The position numbers and the translations under genes were made by a program. A stretch of 46,251 bases of DNA, taken from the NCBI GenBank assembly GCA_049472355.1, contig JBLIRP010000018.1, forward strand, positions 1 to 46,251, in the 5' to 3' direction. A model generated the notes under the pieces. That model ran no database searches and was not told the origin of the DNA. It saw only the letters and a program-made list of their open reading frames with translations. The first letter of the stretch is position 1. Every line of letters begins with the position of its first letter. The DNA comes from a bacterium. Lineage in GTDB: Bacteria > SZUA-182 > DTGQ01 > JAFGSM01. Shown here piece by piece: positions 1 through 9,235 of this stretch.

Positions 1-34
1 GGAGGTGTATCTCGGCGATCGGTTCTGTCTGTAG
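1..34 (+). CDS. lptB: 3' end of LPS export ABC transporter ATP-binding protein (partial)
   Basis: Frame 2 reads EVYLGDRFCL*, matching the typical LptB C-terminus (VYLGxxFxL). lptB normally lies just upstream of rpoN. Confidence 0.75.
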   Translation, partial: EVYLGDRFCL

Positions 35-55
35 ATCCATGAAATGGGCAAATTG

Positions 56-84
56 TTGACAAGAAATTTATATTATGTTATTGT
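56..84 (+). promoter_or_regulatory. Putative sigma70 promoter for the IHF/HU gene
   Basis: TTGACA (56-61), 17-nt spacer containing TG, TATTGT (79-84). Confidence 0.6.
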
Positions 85-150
85 TAATAATGATATTATA
101 GGTTATGCTTCAACTTTCCGGGCTGTTGTGTTGGGTGAAAGGAGGTCCAC

Positions 151-426
151 ATGACCAAGGCTGATTTGGTGATGGAGGTTGCCAAGCAGACATCGTTGAC
201 CAAAAAGGAATCAGAGACGGTCATAAAGACGATTTTCGGGAGCATAAGCGAGGCATTGAGCGCCGGAGACAAGGTGGAATTGCGAGGCTTCGGGAGCTTC
301 AGGGTTCGGGACCGGAAGTCGCGACAGGGAAGAAACCCCAAAACAGGCGATACCGTGAAGGTTCCTGCCAAAAAGGTGCCTTTTTTCAAGGCAGGCAAAG
401 AATTAAGGGCTATGGTTGACTATTAA
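151..426 (+). CDS. ihfB: Integration host factor beta-like / HU family DNA-binding protein
   Basis: MTKADL..., VELRGFGSF and GRNPKTG motifs; SD AGGAGG upstream. The IhfB versus HU assignment is tentative. Confidence 0.85.
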   Translation: MTKADLVMEVAKQTSLTKKESETVIKTIFGSISEALSAGDKVELRGFGSFRVRDRKSRQGRNPKTGDTVKVPAKKVPFFKAGKELRAMVDY

Positions 427-497
427 GGAATTTGATAACCATCCCTGAATGTAATAGAAAGGGATTGTACTACGGGAGGTTGCAGAGACTCCCGGCA

Positions 498-530
498 GTA
501 TTCCTTGGTTCGATCCCAAGGAATACCTTT
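498..530 (+). terminator. Hairpin between ihfB and rpoN (possible terminator or leader structure)
   Basis: Perfect 11-bp stem GTATTCCTTGG/CCAAGGAATAC with loop TTCGATC, followed only by CTTT. Confidence 0.4.
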
Positions 531-560
531 GGATTGTTTGCAGATTAAAAGGGGATTGCC

Positions 561-2036
561 ATGGGCTTAGAGATGAAACAGACACTCAGCATGAAATTGA
601 CCCAGAGGTTAATGATGACTCCTATGCTGCAGCAGTCCATTAAACTGCTTCAGTTGTCGAAATTAGAGCTGACTCAATTGGTTCATCAGGAGCTCCAGGA
701 GAATCCTATGCTCGAGGAGGTTCAGTCCGAGGTGCAGGAGCGTTCATCGGAAGAGGAATCGCATGATTGGGAGAAGGATTCGATACGGCCTGAAGATATC
801 AAATTGAGCGACGCTGAGCAACTTTACAGTGCCAGTGCAAACGAGGATTTTGACTGGGAAGGCTTTCTCAATGACTCGGGGGACACCGGATACTATTCGG
901 AACCCGAGGAAAGGGAGGTGCCGCCCCTCGAAAATATCCTCACCCGTCCTCAGACACTCCAAAACTACCTCTTGTGGCAATTGCGCATGTCCTCAGTAGA
1001 GGAGCAGGAATTTTGGGTGGGGGAATTCATCATCGGGAATATCGATGAGAATGGGTATCTCAGGGAGAGCCTTGATGAGATTGCACAGGAACTCTCCGTT
1101 CCCCAGGAATTGGTCGAAAAGATCCTTGCCAAGGTTCAGACATTCGATCCGGTGGGGGTGGGAGCACGGGATCCTCAGGAATGCCTGCTCCTGCAGATAA
1201 CGGAGGAGAAGCCGGAGAGAAGGGCCCTTCTTGAAAGGATCGTTCGTGATCACCTTCATCATCTGGAATTGAAGGAATATCCGGCCATTGCAAAGGATTT
1301 GGGCATCACCATCGATAACGTGATCGACCTGGCAAAGATCATCCTGAGTTACGATCCGAAACCGGGCCGGAAATTCGATCCCGAGGGATCATTCTATATT
1401 GTCCCGGATGTGTTTGTGTACAAAGTGGATGATGAATACGTCCTGACCCTCAATGACGAGGGGCTGCCTCAATTGAGGGTGAGCAATGCCTATAAGCGCA
1501 TCTTGAGGAACGGACATAAGGCCCCTGATCAAACCAGGAAGTACGTGGAGGAGAAGCTCAGGTCGGCTGTGTGGCTGATAAAGAGCATTCAACAGCGGCA
1601 GCGGACCCTCTACAATGTGGCCTCGAGCATCGTGCGGTTCCAGCGTGAATTTTTGGATAAGGGACTGGCGTATCTGAGGCCCCTGACATTGATGGACGTG
1701 GCAAACGATGTTTCCATGCATGAATCGACGATCAGCCGGGTGACCACGAACAAGTATATCTATACCCCCAGGGGTATTTTTGAATTGAAATTCTTTTTTA
1801 ATCCAGGCTTTAAAAGGGCCCAAGGCGATTACATCTCGTCGGTCAGGGTAAAGGAACTGATCAAGGAGATGATCAAGAACGAAGATGGCCGGAAGCCCCT
1901 GAGCGATAAGCAGATCTTACAAATGTTGAAACAAAGAGGGATCAATATCGCGCGGAGGACGATTGCCAAGTACCGCGATGAGCTCAATATCCTCCCTTCC
2001 CAGCGAAGGAAGGTCCTCTATCCGCGTCGGTCTTAA
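561..2036 (+). CDS. rpoN: RNA polymerase sigma-54 factor
   Basis: Gln/Leu-rich region I (TPMLQQSIKLLQL), HESTISR helix-turn-helix, RpoN box ARRTIAKYR. Confidence 0.98.
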   Translation: MGLEMKQTLSMKLTQRLMMTPMLQQSIKLLQLSKLELTQLVHQELQENPMLEEVQSEVQERSSEEESHDWEKDSIRPEDIKLSDAEQLYSASANEDFDWEGFLNDSGDTGYYSEPEEREVPPLENILTRPQTLQNYLLWQLRMSSVEEQEFWVGEFIIGNIDENGYLRESLDEIAQELSVPQELVEKILAKVQTFDPVGVGARDPQECLLLQITEEKPERRALLERIVRDHLHHLELKEYPAIAKDLGITIDNVIDLAKIILSYDPKPGRKFDPEGSFYIVPDVFVYKVDDEYVLTLNDEGLPQLRVSNAYKRILRNGHKAPDQTRKYVEEKLRSAVWLIKSIQQRQRTLYNVASSIVRFQREFLDKGLAYLRPLTLMDVANDVSMHESTISRVTTNKYIYTPRGIFELKFFFNPGFKRAQGDYISSVRVKELIKEMIKNEDGRKPLSDKQILQMLKQRGINIARRTIAKYRDELNILPSQRRKVLYPRRS

Positions 2037-2300
2037 GAGAGCCCTTTCCGCCTGTTTTAAAAAAGATGTGCACCTTATAAAGCAGCCTGGATAATGAACA
2101 CAGGTCGACAGATGCGGAATGAACCGGGTGTGGCATGTTTCTTCTATCCCTCCTCCTCTCTACCCTTTTTCGCGATTCTCATATATAATAGTTTGTTTAT
2201 TGCGATATCCCCGGTCTCTGAATGTCGGCGAGAGGGGCCCTTGAAGGGAAATAAATGGATACAGGGAACCCGTATAGATCTTTTGTGAAGGAGGATATAC

Positions 2301-2849
2301 ATGCAGTTATCAATTACCGCTCGACATATGGAATTGACAGAAGCCCTCAAAGAGCATGTAAGGAACAGAATAGACCGCCTCACCAAGTATGGTGATGATA
2401 TCATCGAGGCCAACGCCATTCTTTCGGTCGAAAAATACCGTCACAGTGCTGAGATCACGCTCATCGTCAACGGAACCACGTTCAACAGCGTGGACATGAC
2501 GGAAAATATGTATACCTCGATAGATCGGGTGACCGACAAGCTGGAACGGCAACTCAAAAAGCACAAGGGGAAACGCAAGGGCCACAAGCACAGAAAGGAC
2601 CTCAAGGATCTGCTGATGCCCGCGGATATCTTCAGCCCTGATCAGTCCGACGTAGAGGCGGAAAGGATGCGCCTTGTCAAATCGGTAAAGGTTGTCCTGA
2701 GGACGATGAATCTGAATGAGGCATTGGAGAATCTCGAAGTGAATAATACGGAGTGTTTCTTGTTCGTGAACGATAAAACCGATACAATTAATGTTTTGTA
2801 CAGAAATACCGATGGAAAGCTATTGCTCATGGAACCAGAGGAGGTATGA
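2301..2849 (+). CDS. hpf: Ribosome hibernation promoting factor (long HPF / RaiA)
   Basis: ITARHMELTEAL..., MYTSID...KLERQLKKHK, and a C-terminal domain with INVLYR. Located downstream of rpoN. Confidence 0.92.
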   Translation: MQLSITARHMELTEALKEHVRNRIDRLTKYGDDIIEANAILSVEKYRHSAEITLIVNGTTFNSVDMTENMYTSIDRVTDKLERQLKKHKGKRKGHKHRKDLKDLLMPADIFSPDQSDVEAERMRLVKSVKVVLRTMNLNEALENLEVNNTECFLFVNDKTDTINVLYRNTDGKLLLMEPEEV

Positions 2850-2882
2850 ATCCTGTCGAAAGGGAGGTTGGGAGGTCTATCA

Positions 2883-3362
2883 ATGAAAGTGGCAGAACTG
2901 AAACTTATCGATCTTTTGCCTGAGAAGGTGATCGCCCCGGATTTAAAGGCCGATAATAAGACGGACGTATTGAGGGAACTGGTTGGGCTTCTGTATCAGG
3001 CGGGAAGGATCGATGACCAGGAAAAGGTATTGGAAGTGCTCCTCGATCGGGAAAGACTCGGAAGCACCGGGGTAGGATATGGCGTCGCCATTCCTCACGG
3101 GAAATACAACAGCATCGAGAATCTGATTGCCGCATTCGGACGGTCGAAGAAAGGGATCGATTTCGATGCGGTGGACAACAAGCCGGTTCATATCTTTTTT
3201 CTCTTTTTGGCTCCCGAAAACGCCGCCAATCTTCATCTCAGGGTTCTGGCCCGGAGTTGCCGCCTTCTGAAGCGGGACACCTTTCGGGAGTCATTGATGC
3301 ATGCGGAAAACGCGGATGAAATCGTGAAGATCATTGCCAGGGAGGAAGGTGCCATGCCATAG
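2883..3362 (+). CDS. ptsN: PTS IIA (Ntr/fructose type) component
   Basis: RERLGSTGVGYGVAIPHG phosphorylation motif and FDAVDNKPV. ATG 2883 chosen for its GGAGG SD. Confidence 0.92.
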   Translation: MKVAELKLIDLLPEKVIAPDLKADNKTDVLRELVGLLYQAGRIDDQEKVLEVLLDRERLGSTGVGYGVAIPHGKYNSIENLIAAFGRSKKGIDFDAVDNKPVHIFFLFLAPENAANLHLRVLARSCRLLKRDTFRESLMHAENADEIVKIIAREEGAMP

Positions 3363-3477
3363 ACAGGGGGTGATGGAGGGGTGAAGGGGGCAGGCTGCAG
3401 CGGTATATCCCTGCTCCCGGCGTGAGGGTACTCAATGAGGAAGGGATTTTAACAATCAAAGATGGTTGCTCCCGGAT

Positions 3478-4452
3478 ATGCCTAATACGAAATTTCTTAC
3501 GGTTAAAAAACTCATCGAAGAGAGGAAAGATTATTTAGAAATCGCGATTATCTCAGGTAAATCCGGATTGCATAACAAGATCCGCAAGACACGCATCCAA
3601 CGACCAGGACTTGCCTTGTCCGGGTACATGGACAAAATGGACCCTCAGCGGATACAGGTACTCGGAAGTACGGAACTCGCCTATCTTGCCTCTTTGGAAG
3701 CAGAAAGGCGCAGAGAGATCCTTGCAACGATCACCGGTTTTCCCCTGTGTTGCATTCTTATAACCAAGGGATTGGAGCCTCCTCCCGAGTTGCTGGAGTT
3801 ATCTGAACAGCGCGGAGTTCCGATCATTCGATCCGTATTGCAAAGCTCCATTCTCATTCGACGCCTGACCTACTATCTGGAAGAAGAACTGGCCGAGGAG
3901 ATGAGCGTACACGGGTCTTTGCTGGATGTCTTCGGTCTGGGTGTGCTTATGCTCGGCAAAAGCGGTATTGGAAAGAGCGAATGCGCCCTGGACCTGTTGG
4001 ATAGGGGGCATCAGGTTGTTGCGGACGATATCGTCAAGATATCCCTGTGGCCCCCGGATACCCTCATAGGAAGCGGATACGACCTGACCCGGTATCACCT
4101 CGAGATACGCGGTATTGGAATCATCGATGTGAGGGCGCTTTTCGGCGTGGCGTCGGTCAGAAAGAAGTCGAAGGTTGAATTGGCGATCGTACTGGATGAA
4201 TGGAAGAAAACCGAAGAGGAGAATCGAACCGGCCTTGAGGAGAATACCACCGAATTTCTCGGGGTCCAGATTCCCATGATTCGAATGCCACTCGCCCCCG
4301 GCCGCAATATGGGGGTCATTATTGAGGTGGCGGTGCGCAATTTTCTCCTGAAAAGAGAGGGAATCAATTCAGCCATGGTCTTGGACCGACAGGTGAAGAT
4401 GAACAGCGTGAAGAAAAAATCTGCGGGCAAGGGAAGAACAGGGAGGATGTGA
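3478..4452 (+). CDS. hprK: HPr(Ser) kinase/phosphorylase
   Basis: RPGLAL, HGSLLDVFGLGVL, Walker A GKSGIGKSE, VADD, LEIRGIGII. Start could be TTG 3466. Confidence 0.97.
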   Translation: MPNTKFLTVKKLIEERKDYLEIAIISGKSGLHNKIRKTRIQRPGLALSGYMDKMDPQRIQVLGSTELAYLASLEAERRREILATITGFPLCCILITKGLEPPPELLELSEQRGVPIIRSVLQSSILIRRLTYYLEEELAEEMSVHGSLLDVFGLGVLMLGKSGIGKSECALDLLDRGHQVVADDIVKISLWPPDTLIGSGYDLTRYHLEIRGIGIIDVRALFGVASVRKKSKVELAIVLDEWKKTEEENRTGLEENTTEFLGVQIPMIRMPLAPGRNMGVIIEVAVRNFLLKREGINSAMVLDRQVKMNSVKKKSAGKGRTGRM

Positions 4453-4457
4453 GAGGT

Positions 4458-4889
4458 ATGATTGGTGTGGTTATCGTAGCCCACGGGCAACTGGCTCATG
4501 CGTTCAAGGAGGCAACCGAGATGATCATGGGGACGCAGGGAAATTTCATAGCCGTGTCTGTCGGGGCTCAAGAAAAGGTTGATTATGCGAGCAGGAAATT
4601 GAAGGAGGCGATCGCCAAGGTGGATGAAGGGAGCGGGGTGCTCATCCTGACGGATATGTTTGGGGGCACCCCCTCGAACCTGAGTTTGTCCTTTTTGGAT
4701 GAGAATCGCGTGGAGGTATTGACCGGCGTCAATCTTCCCATCCTCCTGAAGCTTATGAGCCTGAGAAATGAAACGGAGGATCTGGATGTCTTGAAGGAAG
4801 CCCTGTGCCGTTACGGCAGGGAAAAGATCATTGCCGCGGGTGATCTGCTGAACCGGCGACTTGTCAAGCAAGGTGCAAAACCAAAATGA
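4458..4889 (+). CDS. PTS mannose/fructose-family EIIA component
   Basis: IGVVIVAHG, LTDMFGGTPSN and TGVNLP motifs. Confidence 0.93.
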   Translation: MIGVVIVAHGQLAHAFKEATEMIMGTQGNFIAVSVGAQEKVDYASRKLKEAIAKVDEGSGVLILTDMFGGTPSNLSLSFLDENRVEVLTGVNLPILLKLMSLRNETEDLDVLKEALCRYGREKIIAAGDLLNRRLVKQGAKPK

Positions 4890-7051
4890 AACCGGTTTTC
4901 TTCATCCTCGGGATACACAATCATCAGCCCATCGGCAATTTTGACTTTGTATGTGAAAATGCCTTTCAGAAGGCATACTGGCCCTTTCTCCAGGCCCTCG
5001 AAAGGCATCCCCATATAAAGGCATGCCTGCACTACTCAGGCATATTATGGGAATGGCTCGAATTTTTACACCCGGAGATGCTCGATCTGTGCCATCGGCT
5101 CCTGGAGAAAAAACAGATAGAGCTTCTCTCGGGAGGGTTCTACGAACCGATCCTCACCATCATCCCCGACATGGACAAGATCGGGCAGATGAAGAAAATG
5201 GAATCGTATCTGGACCGGAAATTCGGGATACGGCCCCGGGGGATATGGCTTGCAGAGCGGGTGTGGGAGCCGGGGCTGCCCAAGTTTATACAGGATGCCG
5301 GATTGGAGTATGTGATCGTGGACGACCGCCATTTCCTGGCAACCGGGCTCGAACAGCCTGATCTCCATGGGTATTATATAACGGATGATCAGGGCAGGAT
5401 GGTGAAGGTGTTTCCCGGAAGCAAGGAGTTGCGCTACCTGGTCCCGTTCCAGTCGCCCGAAAGGGTCATTGAATACCTCGATGGTGTCCGCTGTCTGAAG
5501 ACAGGCGACCTTGCGATGATGGGGGATGACGGCGAGAAATTCGGCATCTGGCCGGGGACGTATCGATGGGTGTATGAACAGGGATGGCTGGAATCCTTTT
5601 TCAGCACGATCGAGAAAAACAGCGACTGGCTCAGAATGTGCACCTATTCCGAATATCTCCAGGAACGAGCCCCCCTCGGGCAGATCTATCTGCCCACCGG
5701 AAGCTATGCGGAGATGGAGGAATGGGCCCTCCCCGTGAATGCGCAGGAGCAATTCCACTCACTCCTCGAACGCTTGAGCCGGGAAAATCTCAACCATAAT
5801 GCCCACAACTTCGTGAGAGGGGGATTATGGCGGAATTTTCTGTGCAAGTACAGGGAGGGAAACATCATCTACAACAGGATGTTGCAGGTAAGCAGGAAGA
5901 TAGACGATACGGCATTGCTCATCGATACCACAGCAGAAGGGGGAGATTCTTGCGAGTGGCTTACCGTGGCCAGGGAGGAACTCTGGAAGGGGCAATGTAA
6001 CGATGCCTATTGGCATGGGCTCTTCGGGGGACTCTACCTTCCTCATCTGCGCTCCGCCCTCTATGCGCATCTTATTCGTGCGGACAATCTCATCGAGGAA
6101 CACCGGCATTCAAGCCCCCATTGGGTGGAATGGCATATGCAGGATATGAATCATGACGGGTTCGAGGAGATCGAGATAAATACCGATACATACTGCCTTT
6201 TCGTCGATCCCCACGGGGGAGGTGCGATCTATGAATGGGATTTCCGCCCCACGTGCTTCAATGTCATCAATTCCTTTATTCGAAGGCCGGAGGGGTATCA
6301 CCGGAAGATTCTGCACCTCGCCTCCCAGGGGAAGAATGCCGCTGCCGAAGAGGTGAGAAGTATCCATGACAGGGAAGGGACCCAGGTGGAGGGCCTCGAA
6401 AAGATCCTGGTATACGATCGATACAACCGAAACACCCTCATGGATCATTTCATTCCTGCATCGACCACCTTTGAACAATTTTCTGAACTGAACTATCAGG
6501 AGATCGGCGACTTTTTGCAGCGCCCCTACTCCTTTACAATGGAAAGGGACAAGGAACGCCTTGATGTCCGTCTCATGCGTCAGGCGGGCGTGGAGCCCTC
6601 GGGCCTGGTCGGCCTTGCCAAGACACTCATCCTTTCTCCGGGTGATACGGTGGTCAGGATACTGTACGATATCGATAATCTCGGTAAAACCGTCGTTGAT
6701 GCGCTGTTCGGTGTGGAGTTCAATTTCAACCTCCTGGCAGGCAGGGCCGATGACCGCTTTTTTCGCCTCGATGACCGTATCCCGCCAGAGCCATACCTGG
6801 CGAGCCGGGGGGATGTAAAGGGAATAAACCGGATCTGTCTGGTTGATACAAGCATGGGGCTTGAGATAGGGATTCATGCCCATGAAAAGACCGGTTTATG
6901 GCGATTCCCCATTGAGACCGCGTCCAATTCAGAGTCGGGATTCGAGAAGGTCTACCAGAGCTCCACGCTCTTTCTTCACTGGCCGATCCTCCTGCGGTCA
7001 GGAGAGCATCTGCGGTTGAGCCTGGACTGCTGGGTGAGGGAGATTGCCTGA
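4886..7051 (+). CDS. GH57 alpha-amylase / 4-alpha-glucanotransferase (DUF1925/DUF1926 type)
   Basis: HNHQP, GIWLAERVWEP, GDDGEKFG, QCNDAYWHGLFGGLYLPHLR motifs. ATGA overlap with the EIIA gene. Confidence 0.92.
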   Translation: MKPVFFILGIHNHQPIGNFDFVCENAFQKAYWPFLQALERHPHIKACLHYSGILWEWLEFLHPEMLDLCHRLLEKKQIELLSGGFYEPILTIIPDMDKIGQMKKMESYLDRKFGIRPRGIWLAERVWEPGLPKFIQDAGLEYVIVDDRHFLATGLEQPDLHGYYITDDQGRMVKVFPGSKELRYLVPFQSPERVIEYLDGVRCLKTGDLAMMGDDGEKFGIWPGTYRWVYEQGWLESFFSTIEKNSDWLRMCTYSEYLQERAPLGQIYLPTGSYAEMEEWALPVNAQEQFHSLLERLSRENLNHNAHNFVRGGLWRNFLCKYREGNIIYNRMLQVSRKIDDTALLIDTTAEGGDSCEWLTVAREELWKGQCNDAYWHGLFGGLYLPHLRSALYAHLIRADNLIEEHRHSSPHWVEWHMQDMNHDGFEEIEINTDTYCLFVDPHGGGAIYEWDFRPTCFNVINSFIRRPEGYHRKILHLASQGKNAAAEEVRSIHDREGTQVEGLEKILVYDRYNRNTLMDHFIPASTTFEQFSELNYQEIGDFLQRPYSFTMERDKERLDVRLMRQAGVEPSGLVGLAKTLILSPGDTVVRILYDIDNLGKTVVDALFGVEFNFNLLAGRADDRFFRLDDRIPPEPYLASRGDVKGINRICLVDTSMGLEIGIHAHEKTGLWRFPIETASNSESGFEKVYQSSTLFLHWPILLRSGEHLRLSLDCWVREIA

Positions 7052-7148
7052 TACATGAATGAACAGGTGCGGGTACGACACGAATGACCGGTGAACTGCG
7101 CGCCTGCATTATCTGTAACATTACCGGAAAACGCTGACACGTGATTCC

Positions 7149-7418
7149 ATGCCGAGACGGACAACGACAATCAAAAACACCCTTGGACTTCACCTTCGTG
7201 CGGCTTCGAAGCTGGTTAAACTTGCCCACAACTATGAATCGGAGATCTTTTTGCTTAAGGACAACATCAAGGCAAACGGAAAAAGCATGCTTGGTATAGT
7301 GACCCTCGGCGCCACCCGTGGATCCACCCTGGAGATCATCACGGAGGGCACTGATGCACAAAAGCTCCTGGACGCAGTTGTCCAGCTTATTGACCGGAAT
7401 TTTGACGAGGAGGATTGA
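7149..7418 (+). CDS. ptsH: Phosphocarrier protein HPr
   Basis: GLHLRAA (His15) and KSMLG (Ser46) motifs. Confidence 0.96.
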   Translation: MPRRTTTIKNTLGLHLRAASKLVKLAHNYESEIFLLKDNIKANGKSMLGIVTLGATRGSTLEIITEGTDAQKLLDAVVQLIDRNFDEED

Positions 7419-7425
7419 ACACCCC

Positions 7426-9171
7426 ATGTCGAAGCTGTTGAAGGGAATCCCCGTATCCTCCGGGATCGGTATCGGCCGTGCGTTCCTCCTGGATCGTCGC
7501 AAGATAAAGGTGGAAAAATATCCGATCAAGGCCGAGGACGTGCCCAGGGAAATCGAGCGATTTCATAAGGCCCTTGACATGGCGAAGAATCAGCTCCTGG
7601 AGATCAAGGAGAACCTGATCAAGGAACTCGGCGACAAGGGGCACGCCCATATTGTCGATGTCCATATCCTGATCCTCGAGGACGAGATGCTCATCAACGA
7701 GGCGATAAAGATCGTGGAGCAGGAACGGGTGAACGCCGAGTGGGCGTTGCGGACCGTGCTGAGCCAGTTCGTCAACATCTTCGAGGGGCTCGAGGACATT
7801 TACCTGAAGGAGCGGCGCAGCGACATCGAGCATGTGGGGGAAAGGATCCTGAGAAATCTGGTGGGAAAGACCATCAAGAACATCAGCGAGCTGGACCATG
7901 ATGTCGTGGTCATCGCCCATGACCTTTCACCCGCCGATACCGCCCAGATGCACAAAGGAAAGGTGATCGCCTTTGCCACGGATATGGGGGGGAGGACCTC
8001 TCACACGGCAATAACCGCACGATCACTGGAGATACCCGCAGTGGTCGGGCTGGAGAATGTTTCCGCCACGGTGAAGACCGGTGACCCGGTCATTGTGGAC
8101 GGCAACGAAGGCATTTTGGTCATCAATCCCACCCCCGGTGAATTCAGGACGTACCTGGATAAACAGAAGCACTACAAGTACATTGTTTCAGAGCTGCTGC
8201 GGCTCAAGGACCAGCCGGCTGAAACAAGTGACGGATACCGGGTGGATCTGAAGGCAAACATAGAATTTTTCGATGAAATCCCCAATCTCCTGTCACGGGG
8301 TGCCGAGGGGATAGGTCTCTACCGGACTGAATTCCTCTATATGAACCGGAAGGACCTCCCCACCGAAGAGGAGCACTTCCAGATTTACAAGAGGCTTGCC
8401 GAGCGTATCTCCCCCTATACGGCGGTCATACGAACCCTGGATATGGGCGGGGATAAGATCGATTCCCAGTTGCATGCCACCGAGGAACCGAATCCCGTAC
8501 TGGGGCTGAGGGCAATACGTTTTTCACTCAAACACCAGGACCTCTTCAAACTGCAGCTCAGGGCCATTCTTCGTGCGAGCGCCTTCGGAAAATTGAAGAT
8601 CCTCTACCCCATGATCTCCGGGATCAGCGAACTTCGCCAGGCAAACGACATCCTGGACAGCGTCAAACAGGAGCTGATATCGAAGGGCATCTATTTTGAC
8701 GAGGGAATACAGGTCGGGGCGATGATCGAGATCCCCTCCGCTGCCATGACCGTGGATTTTCTGGCCAAAGAGGTCGACTACATCAGCATCGGGACCAATG
8801 ACCTGATCCAGTACTCCATTGCCATAGACCGCGGGAACGAACATGTGGCCTACCTCTATGAACCGCTCCACCCGGCTGTCCTCAGGTGCATCAAACAATG
8901 CGTGGTCAGCGCGCACAGCGAGGGGATCAGGGTGGCGATGTGCGGAGAGATGGCGGGCGATCCCTTATGCACCCTTATCCTCATCGGCCTCGGTCTTGAT
9001 GAGCTGAGCATGAATGCCTCATCACTGCCCATAATCAAAAAGATCATACGGTCGGTTCGATACCAGCAGGCTGCGGAGATCGTCTATCGGGTCATGCTTC
9101 TTTCCTCCGCCCCGGAGATTGAGGAATACGTGGGAAAAACGATGAGACGACTCTTCCCTGAATTTTTTTAG
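7426..9171 (+). CDS. ptsI: PEP-protein phosphotransferase, PTS enzyme I
   Basis: TSHTAI, GIGLYRTEF, EPNPVLGLR, SIGTNDL, MCGEMAG. Start moved to ATG 7426 (MSKLLKGI); no N-terminal GAF domain visible. Confidence 0.97.
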   Translation: MSKLLKGIPVSSGIGIGRAFLLDRRKIKVEKYPIKAEDVPREIERFHKALDMAKNQLLEIKENLIKELGDKGHAHIVDVHILILEDEMLINEAIKIVEQERVNAEWALRTVLSQFVNIFEGLEDIYLKERRSDIEHVGERILRNLVGKTIKNISELDHDVVVIAHDLSPADTAQMHKGKVIAFATDMGGRTSHTAITARSLEIPAVVGLENVSATVKTGDPVIVDGNEGILVINPTPGEFRTYLDKQKHYKYIVSELLRLKDQPAETSDGYRVDLKANIEFFDEIPNLLSRGAEGIGLYRTEFLYMNRKDLPTEEEHFQIYKRLAERISPYTAVIRTLDMGGDKIDSQLHATEEPNPVLGLRAIRFSLKHQDLFKLQLRAILRASAFGKLKILYPMISGISELRQANDILDSVKQELISKGIYFDEGIQVGAMIEIPSAAMTVDFLAKEVDYISIGTNDLIQYSIAIDRGNEHVAYLYEPLHPAVLRCIKQCVVSAHSEGIRVAMCGEMAGDPLCTLILIGLGLDELSMNASSLPIIKKIIRSVRYQQAAEIVYRVMLLSSAPEIEEYVGKTMRRLFPEFF

Positions 9172-9235
9172 CAGCATCGCCCTTCCCCGCTGTTTTCCAT
9201 GCATCCCGCGGTGAGAGCCTTTCGATGGATATACA

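Noticed and set aside
61..90. dif-like site (TATTATGTTA)
   Set aside because: Only the XerD-like half matches, and the sequence is explained as a promoter spacer.
470..530. tRNA gene
   Set aside because: Only a T-loop hairpin is present; no D arm, anticodon arm or cloverleaf.
2131..2145. Sigma54 promoter upstream of hpf (TGGCATG...)
   Set aside because: The -12 element reads TTCT instead of TTGC.
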